Part shown: piece after piece, positions 13,413-25,572 of the stretch
Numbering within the stretch: position 1 is the first letter of the stretch
Layout: every line of letters begins with the position of its first letter
Assembly (NCBI GenBank): GCA_951406725.2
Contig: OX597817.1
Location: forward strand, 159,278,001-159,342,000
Direction: 5' to 3'
DNA: 64,000 bases
DNA from: Octopus vulgaris
Taxonomy: Eukaryota
The notes under the pieces: model-generated
Databases searched by the model: none
The model's input: the letters and a program-made list of their open reading frames with translations, nothing else
What the model was told of the DNA's origin: nothing
Made by a program: the position numbers and the translations under genes

Positions 13413-13902
13413 CATACATGCATACATACGTATGACATCGAAGTCAGTTACGTTGGCATAAGGAGACCCTTAAATTTTCTGTAATGAATAGTATCCCTTA
13501 GACCTTTTACCATTCTTACAAACCTTGTAAAAAAATTGGTTAGCTTGTTTAGAAAATGCGAAGAAGAACCATTATTTTATGGCAGACCATAACAGTAATT
13601 AAACGAAGAATATTAATTAAAACTCATTACTTGGGACTGCTGCCATATTCACAATGGTTGAACAGCAGACTGGGGTCAGCTATCTGAGGTCACGGAACTA
13701 TCGAGAGAAATTTTAGTGTATCTTTGAATTGAACCAAGAATTATACTAATTCTATAAAAAGGTTGGGTAAAATCTCATGATAGGTTACATGAAAAAGATA
13801 GAAAGTGACTGGGATCTAAACTTCCCCGACTATGCGAACTCATTGCCTAGCAACTGCGACAACAGGCAATGTTCGTTGAGGAAAAAAAAAATTTAGCTGT
13901 TA

Positions 13903-14292
13903 GGCGCAGGAGTGGATGTGTGGTAAGTAGCTTGCTTACCAACCACATGGTTCCGAGTTCAGTCCCACTGCATAGCACCTTGGGTCAGTGTCTTCTACTA
14001 TAGCCTCGGGCCGACCAAAGCCTTGTGAGAGGATTTGGTAGACGGAAACTGAAAGAAGACCGTCGTATATATACATGTGTGTGTGTGTATGTTTGTGTCT
14101 GTGTTTGTACTCCCACCATCGCTTGACAACCGATGTTGGTGTATTTACCTCCCCGTAACTTAGCGGTTCGACAAAAGAGACAGGTAGAATAAGTACTAGA
14201 CTTACAAAGAATACGTCCCGAGGTCGATTTGTTCGACTAAATGCAATGCTCTAGCATGACCGCAGTCAAATGGCTCAAACAAATAAAAGAAT
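13903..14292 (+). mobile_element. SINE family A, full length
   Basis: Full consensus. Confidence 0.9.
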
Positions 14293-15333
14293 AAAATAAT
14301 GTTATCTCCACAGACAATCAAAATCACACAGTAAATAAGAGCTGGACCAGAAACCAATGAATTCTTCTGCAGAGAAGATCGTAAACCATCCGGACCATAA
14401 CTGATGCGATAACAATATTGCTGAGACGAGCATGCTGCCATTACACGAGCGAGCAATAGAGAAAATGAACAAACAGAAATAATGAGTGAAGAATACAAAC
14501 TACTGAAAGAACACTTAACAATAAAACTCAAACAAAACTTCATCTACATTAACAAAACTATTACATGAAAGGCAATTACAACATAAATCGATAGAAAACC
14601 GACCAACATGATGTTATCCGCGATAGACTAAAGAGCAAAAGAATAACTAGCAGAGATTGAAAATCCTAACTTTTAGGCTTTGAGTGTTCTGTTATATTGT
14701 GATGCGTTTACTATTTGCCAGCAGATGGGAGTAGTGGAGATCGACAGCAGTAAGAAGAAACAACCAAAATGGATTAAGGGGAAATATTGGACTGCTAGAC
14801 ACTATCATTGAAGTGCAAAACGAATAATGAATTCAGGAACTAGCAGCTGCTGCTTTCTGATGGATTATCTAAAGTCTGTGGAAACTGTCGACAAGAAACA
14901 CTGGCGACCAAGTTAATTATTCTTAAACATGAACAGTGAGCGGTAATTGAAGAATTTAGTTGTTAAAATTTTTTTAAATAAATAAAAAACAAAAAAACAT
15001 ATTCGGGAACGAAAATCCATTAATTGCAAGTGTGTAATAAATCTAAAAGGAGTGTATCGGAGTATGAAAGGTCATGCCATCAAAATCGTGAAAACTCCAA
15101 TTCGGATGATCTCGTGTCGTTTCGGTTAAAGATCCAGAATGTAAGCAAACAAAACCACTATGCAATTGTGACTGGATGGAGCGGATACTGTGCAAAAGTC
15201 TCTTCCTAAACTTTTTATATCAACAATGAAACTTTCCTGATAGTTATTGCAAAACTACCAAACGAGAAATCACTTGGTAAAGACCTTGTAAGTTCATTAT
15301 TGGTATAGAAATCACAAATTATTGGTATAGAAA

Positions 15334-15565
15334 AGGCGGTGAGCTGGCAGAAACGTTAGCACACCGGGCGAAATGCTTAGCGGTATTTCGTCCTGTTTTT
15401 ACGTTCTGGGTTCAAATTCCGCCGAGGTCGACTTTGCCTTTCATCCTTTCGGGGTCGATAAATTAAGTACCAGTTATGCACTGGGTCGATGTAATCGACT
15501 TAATCCGTTTGTCTGTCCTTGTTTGTCATCTCTGTGTTTAGCCCCTTGTGGGTAGTAAAGAAATA
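15334..15565 (+). mobile_element. SINE family B
   Basis: Consensus match; TSD ggtatagaaa. Confidence 0.9.
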
Positions 15566-16706
15566 GGTATAGAAATCACACGTTCTTCTGAGCGGTCCTC
15601 GTTAACTTGTTCAAAAGAACAATGAATACTGAGGCTGATGCAACAGACTGGTTGGCAGTTGCACGTACAGCTTTAGGAGTTAAAAGCCAGGAGACCAATG
15701 TGCCCCAATAGCTACAAGCCGATAACGTACATGGAAGTGATGTGTAGACTATACACAGGTTGCTCCAATGCTTCCGTCCAGGATCAGTGCAAAACACACA
15801 ACGGAGTGACTGAAGAACGGACAAAAGGAAAGAACAACTCCTCATCAACAAAGCTGTTCTTAAGGAAGCGAAAAAGTACCGCCGAAACTTGCTGACTGTG
15901 TCAGTAGACTATAAAATGGCGTTTGACTCTGTTCCTCATTCATGGATGATAGAATCAATCTGCTATAGTTAATGCCATTAAAAGGTTGACAACATGCTCC
16001 ACAGAGCTATCGTTAAGAACTGAAGCTACCATTACAGTAACTAACAGAGTTAGGTTATCAACAGGAATATTTCAGGGTGACAGCTTATCTTGTCGTAGCA
16101 GAGAACTCCCTTTTCGGTCCTGTTAGGGAAATGCAAAGGCTGCATAATAGGAGCTGCTGATGAAAGAAAAAATCAATTTCACTCACACCTTCCTTGTTGA
16201 TGATCCTGCTAACTTCTACATCAATATTAACTCTGACAGGATCTACGTTTAACGGAGGGGTGGATGTAGGCGCATAAAATCTGTTCAGAAGGTCTTCGAG
16301 CATTGCATTCTGTCACCTAGACCATACCCACAGAAAAGCAAAGAGAGAAATGAATTCATCACATGTGTACTCAATAGTGAAGGTAATAAACATCATGAGG
16401 ATCGGTGTAGAACTGAACAATTACTTCATGTGAACCAAGTATGGCTGGACTAACCTACTTAAACAGAGACTTGGAAGAGAAATTACTCATCGTTCCAGCA
16501 GAAAGTTATGTATGGGTGCATATTCTACATGTTAGAGAATGCCCACAACATTGAGAGGAATAGTAACTTCTCTTAGACCTTTGAAAAATGCGTCACATCT
16601 CACCGAGACGGCTATGCTTTTGGTACCGAAGAACAGGAAGTAGTTACTAAAGCGATAGGGATATCTCTAAACCCCAACCCTGTAACAGAAAGCGTTGATT
16701 GTACCA

Positions 16707-16937
16707 AGGCGGCGAGCTGGCAGAAACGTTAGCACGCCGGGCGAAATGCTTAGCAGTATTTCGTCTGCCGCTACGTTCTGAGTTCAAGTTCCGCCGAGGT
16801 CCACTTTGCCTTTCATCCTTTCGGGGTCGATTAAATAAATACCGTTACGTACTGGGGTCTATATAATCGACTTAATCCGTTTGTCTGTCCTTGTTTGTCC
16901 CCTCTGTGTGTAGCCCCTTATGGGCAGTAAAGAAATA
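16707..16937 (+). mobile_element. SINE family B inserted in the LINE
   Basis: 20-bp TSD agaaagcgttgattgt(a/g)cca at 16687-16706 and 16938-16957. Confidence 0.92.
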
Positions 16938-17064
16938 AGAAAGCGTTGATTGTGCCATGCTAATGTGAAGAACATCACTCGTATCCATCAACAGCTGTCT
17001 TAAAATGTTCGCATGTTGCTACCTTCCCATGAGACATGACATTGTCGCAGAACAGTCTACAATG

Positions 17065-17390
17065 GTAGAATAATGAAAGAAATGAGGAATAAGGAAAGCT
17101 TCTAACAATGAAGAAAGTTTTTTAAACTGTTATATTTCGCAGCATATACCTATCATCAGAAGAATACAGTCAAAGAAATGCGTGTTCACATAGATCCTGC
17201 CATTTTGGATAGCCAGATGGACAGTGACCCCCCACTTCTCAGGCTATCCAAAACGGCAAGATTTATGTAAACACACATTTCTTTGATTTTATTTTTTTGA
17301 AGATAGGTCTTTGCACCCGAAATATAAAGTTTTTAAAACTTTCTACGTTGTTAGAAGCCTTCCTTATTTTTCATTTATTCATTATTCTAC
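17065..17390. mobile_element. ~330-bp imperfect fold-back insertion with a hammerhead-like motif in each arm
   Basis: Arms pair along most of their length. Minus strand CTGATGA-TAGG..GAAATATA (~17130-17159); plus strand TTGAAGA-TAGGT..ACCC-GAAATATA-AAG (~17297-17329). Flanking duplication agtctacaatg (17054-17064, 17397-17407). Confidence 0.65.
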
Positions 17391-17598
17391 TTCTGTAGTC
17401 TACAATGCTATATGCAAGAAGGATTGTCCGGACTGCCATACCAATGGTACACCAGAACCACACAGTATGCATAAATAAAGAATACTGTGCATTCCAATAA
17501 GAACAGTAACTCGGTGAAAGCATGACAGGTCAAATATAGTTGAAAAGGACAGGGAGCAAAAGTAGTGCACCATTGTAGAGATCAGTAACCCAGTGGGT

Positions 17599-17980
17599 GG
17601 CGGCGCAATGGCCCAGTGGTTAGGGCAGCGGACTCGCGGTCGTAGGATCGCGGTTTCGATTCCCAGACCGGGTGTTGTGAGCGTTTATTGAGCGAAAACA
17701 CCTAAAGCTCCACGACGCTCCGGCAGGGGATGGTGGTGATTCCTGCTGCACTCTTTCACCACAACTTTCTCTCACTCTTACTTCCTGTTTCTGTTGTACC
17801 TGTATTTCAAGGGGCCGGCCTTGTCACTCTCTTGTGTCACGCTGAATATCCCCGAGAACTACGTTAAGGGTACACGTGTCTGCGGAGTGCTCAGCCACTT
17901 ACACGTTAATTTCACGAGCAGGCTGTTCCGTTGATCGGATCAACCGGAACCCTCGTCGTCGCAACCGACGGAGTGCTTCC
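17599..17980 (+). mobile_element. tRNA-derived SINE (family D), full length
   Basis: ggcgcaatggcccagtggttagggc ... ggtttcgattccc head; 12-bp TSD aacccagtgggt at 17587-17598 and 17981-17992. Confidence 0.88.
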
Positions 17981-18178
17981 AACCCAGTGGGTATGAATGT
18001 CTCTGCAAACTAAGAGGAAACGAGAACATTTATTGAGAATTAATGAGAACCCCACGACTGCACATTTCATTTGTTCATAGGTGCACTGGGCTACGTAACA
18101 ACAGATCTGCACAGAAACCAAGAAATGCTTTGATTCTCCTAAAACAAAAACCCCCAAAAAACAAAGCAAACAAATCAA

Positions 18179-18580
18179 GGCGCAGGAGTGGCTGTCTGGT
18201 AAGTAGCTTCCTAACCAACCACATGGTTCCGGGTTCAGTCCCACTGCGTGGCATCTTGGGCAAGTGTCTTCTGTTATAGCCCCGGGCCGACCAATGCCTT
18301 GTGAGTGGATTTGGTAGATGGAAGCTGAAAGAAGCCTGTCGTATATATGTATATATATGTAAGTGTGTGTGTATATGTTTGTGTGTCTGTGTTTGTCCCC
18401 CTAGCATTGCTTGAAAACCGATGCTGGTGTGTTTACGTCCCCGTCACTTAGCGGTTCGGCAAAAGAGACCGATAGAATAAGTACTGGGCTTACAAAGAAT
18501 AAGTCCCGGGGTCGATTTTCTCGACTAAAGGCGGTGCTCCAGCATGGCCGCAGTCAAATGACTGAAACAAGTAAAAGAGA
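18179..18580 (+). mobile_element. SINE family A, full length
   Basis: Consensus match. Confidence 0.9.
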
Positions 18581-18632
18581 AAAAGAGAGGAAGAGATGTT
18601 CTCCAGAAACAATCGAAAGAACTTAAAGAAAT

Positions 18633-18719
18633 TGGGCAAGTGTCTTCCACTATAGCCTCGGGCCAACCAAAGCCTTGTGAGTGGATTTGGTAGACAGAAA
18701 CTGAAAGAAGCCCGTCGTA

Positions 18720-18767
<48 letters not shown>

Positions 18768-18990
18768 TGTGTGTCTGTATGTCTGTGTTTGTCACCCCAA
18801 CATCGCTTGACAACCGATGCTGGTGTGTTTGCGTCCCCGTAACTTAGCGGTTCGGCAAAAGACACCGATAGAATAAGTACTAGGCTTACAAAGAATAAGT
18901 CCTGGGGTTGATTTGCTCGACTAAAAGTGGGTGCTCCAGCATGGCTGCAGTCAAATGACTGAAACAAGTAAAAGAGTAAAAAAAAGAGTA
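18633..18990 (+). mobile_element. SINE family A, 5'-truncated
   Basis: Starts at tgggcaagtgtcttc and runs to the aaaagagta tail. Confidence 0.9.
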
Positions 18991-19062
18991 AACTGAATCA
19001 GAGAAACAAAAGACGGAATGGTTGCAACTGGAAGACATTTGGTGGAATTTATCTTTTTCATT

Positions 19063-19152
19063 TTGATCGCAGTTTTGCTTGATCGCAGCTTTGCTTGATC
19101 GCAGTTTTGCTTGATCGCAGTTTTGCTTGATCGCAGTTTTGCTTGATCGCAG
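19063..19152. repeat. 16-bp minisatellite (TTGATCGCAGTTTTGC) x5.6
   Basis: Five full units (one with a T>C change) plus a partial unit. Confidence 0.95.
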
Positions 19153-19184
19153 ATAATCAGGAGCTACAAAAAAGAAAACCACTT

Positions 19185-19961
19185 CTAACATCACCACCAT
19201 CGTTACTAACACCACTACCACTACCGCCGCCACCGTTGCTAACACCATCACTACCACTACCATCACTACTACTTACGACGACGACGACGACGAACACCAC
19301 CACCACCACCTTACTCACCCTCACCCCCCACCTCATCCCCATTTCTACCTCTGCCACCAGCTGTTAGAATGCCAATGGTAATTACTCATTACAGAAACAA
19401 TGGTAAAATATTAAAACAATTCCAACACTGCTGAATGGGATCGTAGTGGCGGCGGCGGTGGCGGCGGCGGTGGCAGTGGCGGTGGTGGTGGTGGTGGTGA
19501 TGGTGGTGGTGGTGGCGGTGGTGTGGTGGTGGTGGTGGTTGTCGTGGTTATGGTGGTGGTGGTGACACTGACGAGTGGGCGGGGTGTGTGGACCAGTCGG
19601 AGATGGATACGACTTCGTAGTACATGGAGGGAGGGAATGGCTAAAACGTCAGTGACTTCAAGGTGGGGGGAGGGGTTCGACGGAGGTGGTGTAGTGGTTA
19701 AAGGGGGGGTGGAGTGAGGAGTGGCAGCTTGGGTGGGTGGGGATTGTTTTTGTTTCTTGTTGATGCCAGTGATGGTGGTAGATGGTGGTAGTGGTGGCAC
19801 CTTCGTGGTGGTGGTGGTGGTGGTGGTGGTGGTGGTGGTGAAAGCGATTGTGGAATTGTTGATGACGGCTACGAAACTTTCCTGATTGGTGGAGATGCAG
19901 TTGTGGTGGTGTTGACGATGGAAATAGCGGTGGTGGTGGTGGAGATGATGTGTGCGTGAGT

Positions 19962-19998
<37 letters not shown>

Positions 19999-20330
19999 CA
20001 GACAGACGGACAGACAGGTAGAGACAGAGAGAGGAGGAAAGAGAGTGAGTGAGTGAGAGAGGGAGGGAGAGGGTTTTCTTTTCAAATGAATCTGGAACCA
20101 ATTTCAGATTTAAAGCAAGTGTTTTAATGACTTACAATGTGGTACTCTTGAAGGTTGCTGCTGCTGCTGCTGTTGTTGTTGTTGTTGGTGGTGTTGGTGT
20201 TGGTGTTGGTGTTGTTGTTGCTGTTGGTGGTGGTGGTGTTGGTGTTGGTGTTGTTGTTGGTGGTGGTGGTGGTGGTGGTGGTGGTGGTGTTGGTCTTGGT
20301 GTTGTTGTTGTTGTGTGTGTGTGTGTGTGC
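19185..20330. repeat. Compound (CAC)n/(GGT)n/(GA)n/(GTT)n low-complexity field
   Basis: Direct reading. Confidence 0.85.
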
Positions 20331-21200
20331 GCGCGCATGCGCTCGTGTGTATAAGTATTTATAAATGTGTGTGTGGAGGGCTCTGAGCATGTATATGCAT
20401 GTGTCTGAGTCTGTGTATGAGCATGTATGCATGTATCTTTGTGCATGTCTGTGTATGCATGTGTGTGTGTGTTGAGTGTAGCAGTTCAGTATGACCTGCC
20501 TTGTACAATAATGAGTATTTGAGAAGTGACCATGGTTAAATTCCCCACTGCTTGTGAAACTTTTATAGTTATCTCTTTCTTATGTTGAACCGAAGAACAA
20601 CATATTCTGTACTCCTAAGCCTTTCTTACCAAAAGTAATATGTGTAAGTCTAAGTCTTTCTTCCTCTTACCAAAACTAGCAGTTCAGCTTACCCCCGTGA
20701 TCAGACATAGTAAGATGCTTTGCAGCTAAAAGAGAATATATCAGAGGATTTGGAAGCATTACTGGGTTACAGAGATAGAGTGTGCACTCTATGATGAACA
20801 TGTACTTGATGAACATGTACTTGGTGAACCGCTGCCTTGCTTACTTTATCGCTGGCAAAGTTTGGGGAAACACACTGAGAAATAATAAAAACCCATGATG
20901 GTCACCTATGAGGTGCTTTCCAACAGATTCTATTTTCTACAATCTTCTGCAACTGATGGTAGGTACCAATTTTGGATCTCCTTTGTCATTAGATCTATAG
21001 TCTTTCACAGCCAACATTTTTCAACATGGTGATGTTGGAAAATATATATATACATACCTTTGCCCATATAATACAGTAAATCAATTGATTGCATCGCAAT
21101 CCTTAACATTTATGTATTAACTTTGTTGGGTACTTCACTAGCAATATATTGGATATATGTTATCCCATGGAGGGTTGCATTTACAACCCCTATCTCAATT

Positions 21201-21282
<82 letters not shown>

Positions 21283-21299
21283 ATAGATAGATAGATATC

Positions 21300-21505
21300 T
21301 TTGTGTGTCTATGTTTGTTCCCCCCACCATCATCGCCTGACAACCGATATTGGTGTGTTTACGTCCCCGTCACTTAGCGGTTCGGCAAAAGAGATTGATA
21401 GAATAAGTATTAGGTTTACAAAGAATAAGTCCTGGGGTCGATTTGTTCGACTAAAGGCAATGCTCCAGCATCGCCGCAGTCAAATGACTGAAACAAATAA
21501 AAGAA
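21300..21505 (+). mobile_element. SINE family A, 3' half
   Basis: catcgcctgacaaccgat ... gactgaaacaaataaaag. Confidence 0.85.
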
Positions 21506-22056
21506 TGCATATCGTTCACCACCCACTAGATGGTAGTGCAGAGGTAAGACGAAACCAGCAATTCAAGACTTCATTGTACCGATGTCGTTTTGTTTAAATA
21601 TGTATATTTGATCTCTGGAGCTTAGCGGCGACGAGAGCAGATCCGTATGTGCTAGAAGCCTCTGTTTCTATACACTTGAGCGAAACGGGAATTTTTCCCA
21701 CGGGAGTTCCGGACCCCAGTAATGAATTCATTTGCATACAGCCAATCAGAACTCACCTTCACCTTGTTGTCAAGTTAACAAACTCACTCTACCAAGTAAA
21801 CCCAAGACGAAGAACGGTGTTGTAAGTCGACCGGTCGCCAAGTTATGCCTGATTTTAGGAGACAAGTAATTAGATAGATTTGCATCTATACCTATTATCG
21901 GATTTTGTTAGGGCCCCATATGGTGAAAATGTGGATGGGGAAAAGTGTTTTCAAACCGAATTACTCTGGGTCCACAATGAAACTTTTCAAGTAATATTTT
22001 AAATAATGCTTGTATTAAAGTTGCATACATTTAAATCGCAATATTTCACTAAAGAT

Positions 22057-22482
22057 AAGGTGGTGAGCCAGCAGTATCTATAGTACGCCGGACAAAATGC
22101 TAAGTGATATTTTGTCCGTCTTTACGTTCTGAGGTCAAATTCCGCCGGGGTCGATTTTGCCTTTGATCCTTTCAGGGTCTATAAAATAAGTAGCAGTTGA
22201 GTGCTGGGATAGATGTAGTCAACTGACCACTAATCCGAGATTGCAGACCTTGTCCCAAAATTTGAAACCAAATTTTACAAAAGATAAGGTTACTGTGCCG
22301 GACAAAATGTTTAGCGGCATCTCGTCCGTCTTTACGTTCTGAGCGCAAATGATGCAGAGGTCGACTTTGCCTTTTATCCTTTCAGAGTCGATAAGATAGG
22401 GATCAGTTGGTTACTGGTTTTGATGTAATCGACTTACCCCCTCCCCTGAAATTACTGGCCTTGGGCCAAAATTTAAAACCAA
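22057..22482 (+). mobile_element. Old SINE B-related tandem dimer
   Basis: Two diverged copies of ccggacaaaatg..gtccgtctttacgttctgag..gtcga.tttgcc. Confidence 0.7.
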
Positions 22483-22812
22483 TATTTAACGAGTGGTTTT
22501 TATTTTTTGTGATTTGATGTTTTTTGTTTTACCTTCTAACTCCCCAAATGAGTGACCCAGGTAAAAGATAACCACCGTAAGGTCCAGTCCTTGTTGCGGT
22601 ATCGTGGCTCGTATGTCTCAATGACCCTGAGAGCTATGCCAGCCGAGCGCAAGCTCCATGTAGAACCTCCCCAGCTAGACAGGTAACAGAATTGAGCCCA
22701 GACTAGTATGGATAACTTCTTCCCAAAAGTAAGTACTTGTTCACGTAGTGCCAACAACTCTACCTACAGCGAGAAAAAAAAGCCAAGTTACAGAGCATCG
22801 ATGACAATTCTA

Positions 22813-23226
22813 GGGTCTTTTCGGTTTGAACGGCAGTTTTTTCTAGCGGTGTCATATGAAATTGTCACCCATAATTATGACCCTATTATCGATCTATTGC
22901 ATTTCAATGTTTTAGGGTTAGGGTTAGGGGTGGGGGAGGGTATCTTTTTTTCTTCACAAATGTAAATAAACCCAATCTGTTTCTTAAACGAGGGACATAT
23001 TCATACGGCACAGAATGTCTTTTACCCCAATGGACGTCATTGATTGGTTGAAATTGCAGAAATTGAAGAAAAAAAACCAACAAATATCTTACAAACTATA
23101 GAATTTTTTCAATAAAGCCAAGAGAAAAAGATGTTTTATAAACATATTCTACCAGTATACGAAGTTTAAAATTTTTTGGTTACCTAGAAATTAAGTTAAA
23201 AACTGCCGTTCAAACCGAAAAGATCC
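22813..23226. mobile_element. TIR element (MITE) with internal TTAGGG repeats
   Basis: 29-bp TIRs gg(g/a)tcttttcggtttgaacggcagttttt at 22813-22841 and 23198-23226; (TTAGGG)3 at ~22912-22929. Confidence 0.8.
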
Positions 23227-24267
23227 ACCCTAGAGGAGGAAAAAGCCAAGTTACAGAGCATCGATGACAATTCTAAACTAACAAGATTTAGGAGATGAAG
23301 GCCATACATCCATGAGTCGAAAACAATGGAGAAAAGTTGATGACCAAAGCTTCATAAGGAGAAATGAGCTCAAGTAGATAAAAGGCAAGGAACGTACAAT
23401 TTTATAATGGAGTGGAAAGAAAGAAGCCTGTTATTTCATCTATTTTAAAGATGTATTTGATTATTGTGTGGAAGTATTTATTGCAATAGCAAACATAAAT
23501 AATGTTGAATGTCATTTCCAGTCTAATCACACTCTTTTAATAATAGCCACCCACTTAAATCTAAAATAAGAAAACAGAAAATAAATCAACTAAAATCAAG
23601 TCTATCTGGTCGTCAGTCAGTTTTATACTAGAAACGTAGTGAAATCTAAAAATGACGCTTTTGCTTCCTTCAAAATTTCTCATTTGTCACAGAGACAATA
23701 ATAAAAAAGAAAAAGAAGAAACCGTTCCAGAAAAGTGAGTTATTAAAAGAAGCATTTCGGTGTGACGGTGGCGGTGGTAACTTGCGTATTTATTGGATTT
23801 CCAAACAAACGAGAGATAATATTAGTAGAAGATGTACAGTCGTTTCCAAATATAATACACCACCATTTATATGAACAATGTATGTAATTTAACAGACATG
23901 CAAATTCAGCTAACGAACGATTTGGTAGTATGTGGACTGGTTCTGACTACAATATGACGAGTCAACAGATACAACGCAGATAGTTGTGGTAAGAGTTACG
24001 GTAAGAATAGCGTTTAGTGACTTCATTACAAAAGATGAACATGTAGCAGGTAACTTTCTTCGAATTCAAAACCGGAATGTTTAAGTTCGAAAGTGAAAAC
24101 CGCTGATATTTTCCCCAACCAATTATCGTAGACGGCAGTTTGTGATAAGGGGTTAAAAAATTTAATTTTATATTTGATTTACTAGAAAAGAAAAAAGGAA
24201 AAGAAACAATGCATTATCGAAACGGAGATGCTAGAGGTTCGATTTTAAACTCAATGATTTATTCTCC

Positions 24268-25418
24268 GTTTACCTTTTACTTCTTTCAGTTAATAGACTG
24301 CGGCCATCAGGCGCGTTACCAGACTAGTTCTGGGGGTGCTTTAGAATATTCTGGGCGGACACTAATATGTATTGCGGGAAGGTTTTTGTAAAATGTATTT
24401 TCTAAATCTCAGAGTGCACTATTGAATAATGAGGAGGCAGTGCCATCCAGTAAACTTACCGACGGGCATGGTGGCCATGCGGAATCGCTGCCTTGAAGGG
24501 TTTATTCGAACCGTTTGACTCCAGTACTTATTTTGGCAAGACTTTCGCCCTTCCCCCCACCAAACCTCTTTAAAATCTTTTCTTTCTTTTTTTTCGACAC
24601 AAACCCCCTTTTCGGCTACGGGGAATTCGAATCTGCAAAAAAAAAATTGGCAAAGAATCGACATTTCTAAATTACCACCCACCCCCTTTCCTTCATTTCA
24701 AACTTTTTTCACAATTTTTTTTTCAAAATATGCGGAAAAATACGGAGATTATGATTCTGAAAAAAATTTCCAAAAATCTTTGTAAAATTTTTTTTAAGAA
24801 TTTTTTTTTCTAAATATGCGGAAATATATGAATATTATGATTCGGACAAAAATTTCAAAACATTTCTGTACTTACGGTTAGGATGGGTTAGGGTTTTAGG
24901 GTTAGGGTTAACGTTTTAGAGTTCAGGATTTGGGTTAGTGTTGGGGAAAAAAGTCAAAATTGAAGAAGTTGGGGGGAAAGGGGGGTGATTTCACAATGCC
25001 GATTTTTGGCAATTTTCCAAAACCTCCGTATCCGAAAACGGGGATTTTTGGCAAAAAAAATTACAAAATAAACAAATTTGGGAGGAAATGGTGGGGGGGA
25101 CGGGCGGAAGTCTCCCACTCTTTGACTCCAGTACTTATTTTTAAGTCTGGTACTTATTTTATTGGTTACTTTTGCAGAACCGCTAGGTTACGGAGATATA
25201 AACAAACCAGCATCGGTTGTCACACGGTAGTTGGGTACATACACAAACACCTACACGCACACACAAAACCGGCTTCCAGGCAGTTTCCTTCCAAATCACT
25301 CATAAAGCATTGGTTGGCAGAAAATACTAAACCAAGCTGCCACGCAGAGGGACTGAACCCGAAATCATATGTGGCTGCAAAACGAACTTCTTAACTACAT
25401 AGCTATGCTTCCGCCAAT
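24268..25418 (-). mobile_element. SINE family A split by two insertions (24308-24470 and 24535-25116)
   Basis: SINE blocks resume after each insert; the first insert has an 8-bp TSD g(c/t)ggccat (hAT-like). Confidence 0.7.
24535..25116. mobile_element. ~580-bp TIR element with long imperfect inverted arms and an internal telomere-like array
   Basis: Left end ggcaagactttcgcccttccccccacc vs reverse-complemented right end gggagacttccgcccgtcccccccacc; TTAGGG-like array ~24876-24940; 21-bp flanking duplication. Confidence 0.7.
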
Positions 25419-25572
25419 ATGAAATCTATCACTTCTGATTTATTTGTCAATGTCATTTTTTTGTTGAGTTTAACATGCATTAAACAAATTGTACATTAGG
25501 CATATTAAAAACGTCTAGTGTTACTAAATAGACTTTGTTGAAGATATATAACAGCAAGCAACTGGAATTATT

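Larger units (their letters stand above)
14560..18150 (+). mobile_element. Decayed non-LTR retrotransposon with RT and restriction-like endonuclease (R4/Dong-like), interrupted by 4 later insertions
   Basis: Frameshifted motifs in the expected order: SYKPITY (~15710), DYKMAFDSVPHSW (15907), GIFQGDSLS (16064), FLVDD (~16190), zinc-knuckle region/MRHDIVA (~16950-17050), KHDRSNIV..DREQK..TIVEIS (~17520-17590), IGALGYV (~18077). 5' boundary approximate. Confidence 0.75.

Noticed and set aside
19063-19152. Regular short repeats resembling a CRISPR array (also 51640-52010)
   Set aside because: No unique spacers, eukaryotic context, no cas genes
21728-21750. Octamer ATTTGCAT next to a CCAAT box
   Set aside because: No associated gene or snRNA; lies among repeats and is probably TE-internal
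20500-22760. Possible L1/Tx1-like relics at 20500-21050 and 22530-22760
   Set aside because: Only vague resemblance; no diagnostic motif
24876-24940. TTAGGG arrays as a telomere or chromosome fusion site
   Set aside because: Short, degenerate, single orientation, and internal to TIR elements
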